Of a stretch of 64,000 nt of DNA, positions 52,621 to 64,000 are shown piece after piece (the first letter of the stretch is position 1; each line of letters begins with the position of its first letter). Made by a program: the position numbers and the translations under genes. Below the pieces are notes generated by a model. That model ran no database searches, had not been told where the DNA came from, and saw only the letters and a list, made by a program, of their open reading frames with translations. The stretch lies in the NCBI RefSeq assembly GCF_009914755.1, contig NC_060942.1; one strand, written 5' to 3'. Origin of the DNA: the human T2T-CHM13v2.0 reference genome, Homo sapiens.

Positions 52621-54960
52621 TTTAAAAATTTTTTTGATTTTTAATTTTTGTGGGCACATAGTATGTGTACATATTTATGGGGTACATGAGAAGTTTTGAT
52701 ACAGGCATGCAATGCATAATAATCACATCATGGAAAATGGGTTATTCATCCTCTCAAGCATTTATCCTTTGTGTTACAAACAACTCAGTTATACTCTTTT
52801 AGTTATTTTTAAATGTACAATTAAGTTATTATTCACTATAGTTACCCTGTTGTGCTATCAAATAGTAGGTCTTATTCATTCTTTCTATTTTTGTGTGTGC
52901 CCTTTAACTATCTCCACGTTTCCCCAACCACCCACTACCCTTCCCAGCCTCTGGTAACCATTCTTCTACTCTCTATGTCCATGAGTTCAATTGTTTTGAT
53001 TTTTAGATCCCACAAATAAGTGAGAACATGTGATGTTTTTCTTTCTGTGCCTGGCTTATTTCACTTAACAGAATGCTCTCCAGTTCCATCCATGTTGTGG
53101 CAAATGACAGGATGTTCTTTTTATGGCTGAATAGTACTCCATTGTATACATGTACCACATTTTCTTTATCCATTCATCTGTTGATGAATGCCTAGTTTGC
53201 TTCCAAATCTTGGCTATTGTGAATAGTTTGCTCTAACAAACATGGGAATGTAGATATCTCTTCCATATACTGATTATTTTCTTTTAGATATATACTCAGC
53301 AATGGTATTGTTGGATCTTGTGGTAGCTCTATTTTTAGGTTTTTGAGACACCTCCAACTGTCTCCATAGTGGTTATACTACTTTACATTTCCACCAACAG
53401 TGTACGAGGGTTCCCTTTTTTTCACATCTTCACCAGCATTTGTTATTGCCCGTCTTTTGGACATAAGCCATTTTAACTGGGGTGAGATGCTATGTCATTG
53501 CAGTTTTGATTTGCATTTCTCTAATGATCAGTGATGTTGATCACCTTTTCAAATGCCTGTTTCCTGTTTGTATGTCTTTTGAGTAATGTCTATTCAAATC
53601 TTTTGCCCATTTTTTGATCAGATTATTAGTTTTTCCCTGTAGAGTTGTTTGAGTTCCTTATATGTTCTGGTTAATCCCTGGTCAGATGGGTAGTTTGCAA
53701 ATATTTTCTCCTATTCTGTGGGTTGTCGCCTCACTTTATCGATTGGTTCATTTACTGTGCAGTAGCTTTTTAACTTGATGTGATCCCATTTGTCCATTTT
53801 TCCTTTGGCTGCCCATGCTTGTGGGGTATTACTCAGGAAATATTTGCCCAGACCAATGTCCTGGAGATCTTCTCCAATGTTTTCTTGCAGTAGTTTCACA
53901 GTATGAAATCTTAGATTTAACTCTATAATCCATTTTGATTTGATTTTTCTATATGCCAAGAGATAGTGGTCTACTTTCATTCTTCTGCGTATGGATATCC
54001 AGTTTTCCCAGCACCATTTATTGAAGAGACTGTCTTTTCCCCAGTGTATGTTCTTGGCACCTTTGTTGAAAATGAGTTCACTGTAGGTGTATGAATTTGT
54101 TTCTAGGTTCTCTATTCTGTTCCATTGGCCTATGTATCTGTTTTTATGCCAGTACCATGCTGTTTTGGTTATTATAGCTCTGTAGTATAATTTGAAGTCA
54201 AGTAGTACGATTCTTCCAGTTTTGTTCTTTTTGCTTAGGATATTTTTGGCTATACAGAATAGAGAATGCAGAAACAAATCCTAAATTTTGGGATTTTTTT
54301 TCTAGTTCTGTGAAGAATGTCATTGGTATTTTGATAGGGACTGCATTGGATCTGTAGTTTGCTTTGAGTAGTGTGGACATTTTAACAGTATTGATTCTTC
54401 CAATTCATGAACATGAAATATTTTTCCATTTTTTGGTGTCCTCTTTAATTTCTTTCATTGGCATTTTACAGTTTTCATTATAGAGATCTAGATGTTTAAT
54501 TTTTGTAGCTATTGTAAATGGGATTACTTTTAAAATTTCTTTTTCACATTGTTCACTGTTGGCATATAGAAATGCTAATACCTTTTGTATGTTGATTTTG
54601 TATCCTGCAATTTTACTAATTTTTTAATCAGTCATATTAGTTTTTTTGTAGAGTCTTTAGATTTTTCTAAGTATCAGATTATATCATCTGCAAACAAGTG
54701 TAATTTGATGTCTCCCTTCCCATGTGGATGCCTTTTCTTTCTTTCTCTTGTCTGATTGCTCTAGCTAGGACTTGCAGTACTATGCTGAATAACAGCAGTG
54801 GAAGTAAGCATCCTTGTTTTGTTCTAGATCTTAGAGAAAAGGCTTTCAGTTTCTCCCCATTCAGTGTAATATTAGCTGTGGGTCTGTCATATATGGCTTT
54901 TATTATTTTGAGGTATGTACCTTCTATACCCAGTTTTTTTTTAAGGTTTTTATCATGAAG
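52621..54960 (-). mobile_element. L1MA (about L1MA2-3) 3' 2.3 kb
   Basis: L1MA 3'UTR plus ORF2 remnants ([23 protein letters not shown]; [17 protein letters not shown]). Confidence 0.92.
53711..54253 (-). pseudogene. L1 ORF2p C-terminal-region remnant (open about 180 codons)
   Basis: ILSKKNK...[17 protein letters not shown]...[15 protein letters not shown] matches L1 ORF2; surrounding frames are broken. Confidence 0.85.
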
Positions 54961-56052
54961 GTCCATGTGGCCTCTTATCCTCCAGTAAGCTAGCCTGGGA
55001 TTCTTCACATAGTAGTCTAAGAGTTCCAAAAAAAACAGAAAGAAAGAGCAGGTCCTAACATTCAGTGGGACTACTTTTCTAGTTTCCAATTGTGTCATGT
55101 TTGCTACTGTACCATCAGTCAAAGCAACTCACGTGGCCAAACCCAGAGTTAGTGTGGGAGGGTGCTACCCAAGGACAGAAAAGGAAATTATCGTGGCCAG
55201 ATGCACAAACAATCTACTCCAGAATCCCATTGCTAGGGTATAGATTTTTTAGGGGAGAATTCCCCAGAAATTGCTCTTTTATAGAAGTTCCCAGTTTGGT
55301 CCTGGGCCCCATATACACTCAGTTCTCATTGTTCCTGGTGAATATAGTCCAGGGAAGATGGCACCTTTCAGCATCACCATCCTTCATGCAGTTCCAGGAT
55401 CTGGAGGGGCATACCCCCTGCATACCCTAGACCATACTAGTTCCACCTCAGAAGCCTAGGCTTTCCTATATTAAAATGGCTTTATAAATTGTATATATAC
55501 CCCTAATCTCCAAAGAGACTAAGCCACTATGTTTTTAAAAGAAGAGAAATATATTTGTGATACTATTGTGAATGTCCCTATCCCAGGACTCAAACACAAA
55601 CTGTCTTCTTCTTTCTCCAGCCAAAAGTATGAGTGAGTCACTGTTAGAACCATTTGTAGGGAACTGGAGATGCAGAATCCATGGGAACTGGGTCAAATAA
55701 AGAGCTCAGGAAAAAGAGGCAACTAAACCTCCTGGGCAGAGTCAGATTGGTGCTCCTGCCTCAAAGACAAGAGGAGGCGTAATCAGGTGAAGAAGGCCAG
55801 CAGAGTCTCTTCTAGTATCTACATCTCCTCCTTTGGAATTTAAAATTCATTTAATAAATTTTCCTTATCTGGGCTTTGGATATAGAATATAATTGCCACT
55901 AATCACTCTCTATCCATGTGCAGGAGGTAGCTTAGTCTAGCTGTTAGGAGACTAGGCTCTTGCAAACAGAATCCCTTCAAGTACTGCTTCTGCCATTTTT
56001 TACCTGCGTTTCCTTGAACAAAATGGCCTGTGCAGGCCTCAGTTTCTCCATC

Positions 56053-56577
56053 TGTATTAGTCAGGGATCTACAGAGAAACAGAACTAATAGTAGATAGAC
56101 AGATAAGTAGGTAGATAGAGATACAGATAGCTCTAGAGAGAAAAAAAGAGACAAAGAGAGAAAGAGAGATTGATGTCTTTTAAGAAATTGGCTCACACAG
56201 TTGTGGGATTTGGCAAGTCTGAAATCTGCAGGACAGTCTAGCAGGTGAGAAGTGAGGATAAGAGTTGATGTTGCAAGTCTTGAGTTTGAGTTCTACAGGG
56301 CAGCATGCTAGAAACTCAAGGCAGGGTTTGTATGTTACAGTATTGAGGAAAGTTTCTGCTTCCTCAAGGAACCTCAATCTTTGCTCTCAAGATTCAATTC
56401 AACTGGTTGGATGAGGCCCACCCACATGATGGAGAGTAATTTGCTTTACTCAAAGTGTACTAATTTAAATGTCAATCACATCCACAAAATACCTTCTCAG
56501 TGATATCTAGACTGCATTTGACAAAACAACTGGGTACCATAGTCTAGCCAAGTCAACACATAAAATTAACTGTCACA
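56053..56577 (-). mobile_element. MLT2C/D-like ERVL solo LTR inserted in a MIR
   Basis: tgtattagtcaggg...ggatgaggcccacccacat...cataaaattaactgtcaca; flanks ccatc/ctatc. Confidence 0.88.
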
Positions 56578-57329
56578 CTATCGTTAAGGGGAAGAAAAAT
56601 AGTACCTGTATCATAAAATTAGGAAGCCACAATGCACACAAAGCAATGAAGACGGCTCCCAGCATTAATCCTAGTCATTATCACTGTTGCCCATCCCCTA
56701 TAGTTACAGTAAAGGATGCTTGTCCATGAAAATTTGGGGTGAACGGAAGGTTTGGTGGATCTACAGCAGGCAAGCTGTCTTATTCCGTGTACAACTCAAG
56801 CAGAGCATTTGGGGTTAGTTTTAAATTGATGTTTGTTTTCAAAAGAAAAGGAACTTAAAAACAGCCCTGTTCCTTTAAGACTGAGCTATTGCTTCAGAGA
56901 CCCATCACCTAGCAACAGGAAGATAATCTCTCTCTCTTCCAACAGGTAAACCTCCAGCTTATCTAATTGAAATTTCAGGCTACCTGCCACACTCCTAAAA
57001 AACTATCACTTTAAGGGGATCAAATCGTACAAGCCAAACAAAGTCAGATTTGAATATGCTCCTTTTCAAATGGTAGGCTAATGAGATTTTCATTGGGAAA
57101 AGAGATATGAAGCTTTACAGCTCATAATTTAAGGAGCTTTGTTCCATTGGCATTCACTGAATCTCACAAAAGAAGTCTGCAACAAAATTCCGATTTGACT
57201 TCTGTCTGGGGATCAAAGATAAATGTTAAAGCGGAAACAAAGTGTAAATTGGAAGAAAATAATGAATTATCTAGATTTTTCACCAGGTTGAGTTATCTTT
57301 TATTCCTCCCTCCCTCTTCCCAGACCCTC

Positions 57330-58310
57330 CCCTGCCACAGTCATCACAAATGCCATCCATTCTGCCTCTCATTTCATGCCTTTCCATTTCACTGCCACTG
57401 CACTTTTCAGGGCTCCTAATTGGTCTGTCTGACCAGACTGTCCTGATCTAATCCACCCTTCACATAGTTGGCCAGTGTATTCCTTGCAAGACACAGCCTT
57501 TCCTCATTCCACCTCTCTGTTCAAAAGTTTCAATAGCTACTATTGCTTGATTTTAACAAAGTTCAAACTCTTTTGCCTGGCATTTAAGCCTTCTTGTGTG
57601 ATCTTATCCCAATTTTTCCTTCTCAGCTTATTTGTACCTTTTTTTATCCTCCAATTCCAGACAAGCACAAACTTCTTGTCCTCCCTAATTGTATTCTTAA
57701 GTTTTTTTTTTTTAACACCCTGCCTCTGTTTATACTAAGACCTCTTTGAATGTCCTCTCCCTGAATCCAAGTAATTCTGCATACAGTAAAATTAGAGTCA
57801 AATGCCACTAGTGAGGCCACTTCCTCCAAGAAGCCTCCCTTAATTTGCCTTCTCCTAAGTAGAAGCAGACTCTTGCCTTCCAGTTACACCTCTGTCGTGA
57901 TATTTATCAGATTTAGACAAGTCAACAGGGCACAATGGTTAGCAGCACAGTTTCTAGCTGTGTTACCTTGGACAAATCATTTACCATCTTTAAGTCACAT
58001 CTTATGTTTGTTTGTTTTGAAAAAGGAGGTACCCAGTGGTTGTGAAAGTTAAATAAGTTAAATCGTGGAAAGTATTTAGCCCAGAGCCTGGCAAGTAGCT
58101 GACAGTAAATTTTAATTCTTATCATTAAAGAAAATCATATTTAACTTGTATTATAGTCCCTTTGTATATTCCCCATCTCCTTTCTTCATTCTAAAATTCC
58201 TTCCTTTGGGGGCAAAATTTATACCATAATCCCATCTTGTCTCACTCCCCACAGTGCCTTCCACACATGAGGACTAAAACACATTTTAAGTGAAAAAAAA
58301 ATTTATTCAA
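57330..58310 (+). mobile_element. L2 fragments with an embedded MIR (about 57925-58125)
   Basis: aagttcaaactcttttgcctggcattt, aaatgccact..., gctgtgttaccttggacaaatcattt. Confidence 0.6.
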
Positions 58311-59363
58311 AATCACACTAATTGGGGCCATGCAAAGCAAGGACTTCCTGTATTTGACTTTACTAGAAAGTATTAAACTACACAGGGTCAAGACATTGAA
58401 ACTCAATTTTTGCAACATTTTATTTAGTTTCACATTTTTTCTTTAAATTTCAAGAATGTTTTTCCTATTAATATAAATTACTGTGACTTCTCAATAACAA
58501 TGAACTTCATTTACCCTGTCTTAAAATTTCTGTTTGTCATAGCCTCCCTTCTTCATCTCTGAGCCACCATTCTTCTTAACACATAAGTCATTATCAGTTA
58601 CAGTTATAATCATAATTAAACATTGATTCACTGAAAATGCTATAGCATGAACTTACACAGCTGCTATCTTCTTTTGGTAAAAATGCCTTTATCATCTTAG
58701 GAAAAGCCTCCTTGTGCAAAAATAATCAAGCCAATCCAGAAGCCATGAATTCCTCCCCCAGGACTGAAGGATGAATTTGCATGAGTCCATCACACTTTCT
58801 GCCCTTTAAACAAGGACAAGGATTGGCAAAAGGATGAGACATGATAATTTAATGCCATCGGATATGGAAAATGCCTTGACTTCCCGAGAGATGAAGTCCA
58901 TTTCTTCATCTATGCTCTAGCCATTGATAATCTAGCCAGTCTGCACTCATGAGTCATCTTTGTTCTTAAAGGCAATCCCAAACCTATTGATTTATTATGG
59001 ACAACAGCTCAATCTATGCTTGTGCAAAACAAAACAAAACAAAAAAAAACAAAAAAACCCACAACATCTTAAGGTATGGTCTATGCACTTGAGGGTCTTA
59101 CAATCTAGCTGGGGTCATGAGACAGATATATTCATTGACTATGTCTTCAGAAACAGAAATAGAGAGTGAGGCAAAATAATTAAATTTTCTTTTTTAGAAA
59201 ATATGGAACTTTCTGGCATGCCTACATTACATTATAAAAAATAATATGTGATAAGAACCAAGTGGTATAGACATAATAACTACTACAGGAATGAAGAGAT
59301 ACTAAGGAAGGAAGTTGAAAGACGGAAAAGTTTTACTAAGGAGGTGAGATAAAGGAAAGGTAA

Positions 59364-59506
59364 GGCCAGGCGCAGGGGCTCATGCCTGTAATCCTAACAC
59401 TTTGGGAGGCCAAGGCAGGAGGATTGCTTGAGGCCAGGAGTTCGAGACCAGCCTGAGCAGCAAAGTGAGAACTCCATCTCTACAAAAAATGTATTAAAAC
59501 AAAAAC
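59364..59506 (+). mobile_element. FLAM_C / Alu left monomer
   Basis: Left arm only plus A-rich tail; flanks ggaaaggt(a/t)a duplicated. Confidence 0.85.
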
Positions 59507-59529
59507 GGAAAGGTTAGACTTAAATCTGA

Positions 59530-59817
59530 TATGGGGAACTCAAATGGCCACAGAGGCCAACCAGAGAACATAAATGAATGAGACTAAGTATAGGATAGAA
59601 ATATTAATTCTGCACGTCCAGGGAATATGGGGAAGAACCACTACCCACTCTATGATACTCATAACACACATCTTCTGATTTTTCAAGAAAAGTTAGAAAT
59701 CCAGATATTTGTAAGAAATAGCCAGATTTTAAAATATTGGCAACTAAGAGAAACATGTTTGTAGGTCAAATAAAACACAGTTTCTGGCTGGATGGGACTA
59801 CCGCTTTGCAGCTCTGA
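59530..59817 (-). mobile_element. MER102-like hAT element
   Basis: ttttcaagaaaagttagaaatccagat...ttggcaactaa...caaataaaacac. Confidence 0.6.
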
Positions 59818-60083
59818 CCCAGGTCAGCTAAATGAGCAGCTTTTCCTCTCACACAACACTTTGCATTTCAAATGACTTCAGTTTTAGTGCATGCAGAATA
59901 TATTTAACCCCGGTTACCCTGATATAGACACAGTGCATTTACTCTGGATAATTCCCTAATTTTAAAGAGGAAACTTAAGATGTTTTTCTCCCTGCCACAT
60001 GATTTTGCTGTCAACAGTAATTGTTCTGAGCCTCTGGTGCACTGGTAAGAGCTGGTGAAAAAGGCCTTGTCCTGACTAATTAA

Positions 60084-60860
<777 letters not shown>

Positions 60861-61493
60861 CTTCTAAAAAATATTGTTCTTTTCTCCCATATTTCCTTCA
60901 CCATTTTCTCTATTTTAGTTGTAAATACATACAAAAGGAATAATGCTTTTGGCATTAAAATGGCCTAATTATACATCGTTCAAAGCTTTAATTCTCTGAA
61001 AAGGAAAGGATATTGATTTATCCAAATCTATGGTTTTCAGACAGCTTGGATTTTAACCTTGCCACCATTAGCTACCTATAAGGCCCTAGGAAAATTATTT
61101 AACCTTTTTGTGACTTAGCACCCTCATCTGAAAAACCAGGATAATAATAATTCTAATAGCCAATGTCATACATAACATGCATATACATGTACACGGTAGC
61201 ATGCATTTATTCAGAAAACTTATAGTAATTTCATTCCATTTCAGGGACTGGTTATAGGATAGAGAACTGTTGATCTTTATAAATATGTAAGTATATTTCA
61301 GTACTCTGTATAATTTATTTAAATTAGTCCTTATTAGTTAATCCAGACAATTTGCTAACCAGAGACTGATGATTGATAAAGGATTATTAATGGTAAGGAT
61401 AAGAGCTACCCAAGTCAGGGCACATTTCCCCGTAAGACATACAGTGGCCTCATCTTCAGCCTTCACACTGAAAGTTGGAAACAGAGGACACTA

Positions 61494-61918
<425 letters not shown>

Positions 61919-62039
61919 GGAATCCAAGCAGAACAAGCTGCACCATTCAATGTAGGTGCAGAAATCCTGACTTGCCTTTCAATGGCCCCTGAGAGCATCA
62001 ACTTTTCTGATAGCCAAGGACTAAACAAGGTGGTGTGGA

Positions 62040-62650
62040 CAGAAGGAAAAAATGTGTAAGTAAGATCCTATCCCTCTTTACAGGCAGATCACAATCTAGT
62101 AGTGGACAGAGACACATAAGCCAATGAATGCTAAGATGATAAACACAAGAATACAAATCCTTAACGTACCAGGGAACCACAGAGGAGGGACAGCTGAGGT
62201 CTCTCTTGTAGGGTCAAGAAAGCTTCCTGGTGCATATGACGTCTGTGCTGGATTTTGAAAATTGAAAGAGAGTTTCCCAGTCAGACCAGACTGACAGGCA
62301 GGGAGAAACAGCATATGGACAAATGCATCCAGGGAACATTTAAAATAGTTTAACACTGCTGGAGCTTAGAAATAGACTGGAGGGGTATGTAGGTAGGAGG
62401 AGTTTCATAAGGAACCTGTGTGTCGTTATGCTAAGCTACCTGGACCCTCGTCTTATTGATGACAGGGAGCCAGAAAAAGGTTTAATGAGGAGAAGGGCAC
62501 GCTCCGAGATCTGTGGTCTCATTTGAAGGAACGCACAGCTTTAGTAAAGAGTCGGTGGTAGAGACAGAGCAGAAGACAGGGCCATTAGGAGGAGATTGGA
62601 AATTCCTGATGAACATCTAAATCAGGGCAGCGGCCATAAAGAAATAAAAG
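62040..62650 (-). mobile_element. L2 fragment
   Basis: tcacaatctagtagtggacaga...gtcaagaaagcttcctgg...gggagccagaaaaaggtttaa. Confidence 0.6.
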
Positions 62651-62809
62651 AAAAATGAACAAATACAGTGTTTCTTTTATTAGTCTTTATAGTCATTCAT
62701 TTAACAGGCATTTAATGAGCACTCACTGTTAAGGGAAGCATTTCATTAATATATGTTATACTTTTCAGCTTTTTGAAGCATTTTTGCAAGCTTCATTATA
62801 TTTCTTGAT

Positions 62810-62985
62810 GCCAGAGTAATTATGTCAGGCAAGAATAGGTTTTATCATCCCCATTTTGCAGATGAAGAAACTGAGGTTCAGAGGGATGAACTCATTTTTC
62901 CCAAGGTTAATACAGATAGCAAACTGAAAAGTATGAGTTAGATCCAAATCTGCTTACTGTGGTCCAGGTTTCCTTCCACCATCAC
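62810..62985 (-). mobile_element. MIR
   Basis: ccccattttgcagatgaagaaactgaggttcagag. Confidence 0.8.
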
Positions 62986-63017
62986 ACCATGGAATTATCA
63001 GCTCAAAACAATTTCCT

Positions 63018-63310
63018 GGCCAGGTGTGGTGGAGCTCACACCTGTAATCCCAGCACACTGGAAGGCCAAGGCAGGAGGATCATTTGTGGTCAGGAGTTTG
63101 AGAACAGTCTGGTCAACACTCACAGTGAGACTTTGTCTCTACAAAAAATAAAAAAAATTAGCCAGGTGTGGTGGCACACACCTGTAGTCCCAGCTACTCA
63201 GGAGGCTGAGGTGGGAGGATTACTGGAGCCCATGGATTGATGAGCTGTGTTTGCACCACTGCACTCCAGCCTGGGTGACAGAGCAAGACCCTGTGTCAGA
63301 AAAACGAACA
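63018..63310 (+). mobile_element. AluJ
   Basis: J-type dimer with degraded tail. Confidence 0.92.
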
Positions 63311-64000
63311 AATCTCCCCTCCCCATAATTTTCCTACTTATGCATCCCCAGAAAATAAAAGTTTGCTCAACAATATGCTATCAGTCATGAGAATGAAAAA
63401 TTTATAAAAATGTTGAAAGTTTTAGCAGACTGTAGGAGTCTCAGAGTTATTGATCTAGACACAAATGGCCTGGCAAATGGGAAGAAATGCAGGAGTGCCT
63501 CTGGTTTGCTTTTTAAATAAACAGTGAATCCACTTGCACAGACACATGACTCTGGCACAGTGAATGAGGATTTATGAGGTGCTTGACAGGATGCCCTTAC
63601 CTCCTCTCTGCTGCCTGGGTAAAATTTCTGCTTTAGATGGAAAGGCAAATAGGGCTGTGAAGATCTGTCTCCGTCACTAAGAAAACCAAAAAGCATCTGG
63701 TGACCTATTTAGGCTTAATTTGCCTTTAGGCTTCTCTGATATCATGAGAAGTGCGCTGTTGTTCGGCACATTAATATACACTAATTTTGTTTGGTGTCTC
63801 CATTCTCCTGCATCCCAAATATGAGTGCATTCAAAAGGCCAAGGTCACATCTTCCCCCTCTTGCTAAGCACATCATTTATTTGTTGCTGCCAGACCTACT
63901 TGTTGAAAAACATTTTCTATTCAGAGTTAAATCTGGCTGATTCTGCCAATGTATTTACATGACTGGGTCTGCGTTTATTGCTATAAAAAGGGATTAGTCC

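Larger units (their letters stand above)
52370..55215 (-). mobile_element. MLT1G/H-like LTR split by L1MA
   Basis: cagttagcttttgctgcataacaa... to 52620; resumes tccatgtggcctctt...gtggccaaacccagagt after 54960; degenerate TSD tccagatggcatctt/tccatgtggcctctt. Confidence 0.65.

Overview
This is primate, human-like nuclear DNA that is intergenic or deep-intronic. It is CpG-depleted, and roughly half of it is recognisable interspersed repeat: Alu J/S/Y, L1PA/PB/MA/MB/ME, L2, MIR, MaLR/ERVL/ERV1 solo LTRs, and hAT and Tigger DNA elements. I find no credible protein-coding gene, tRNA/rRNA, CpG island or CRISPR array. The ORF-track entries are chance or repeat-derived, apart from decayed L1 ORF2 remnants. 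I could not identify the locus and cannot support a genuinely new biological system. The best-supported structure is retrotransposition and rearrangement history: a twin-primed 5'-inverted L1PA with a 16-bp TSD, multi-level nested insertions, template-switch micro-inversions and hairpins, and an old Alu with AT->GC-skewed, CpG-rich sequence. Unique DNA also holds several motif-dense candidate enhancers (ARE/AP-1, PBX-MEIS, twin RUNX, a CDX/posterior-HOX-type cluster) and one candidate lncRNA terminal exon. Repeat subfamily names come from recalled consensus sequences, and the boundaries of old elements are approximate.
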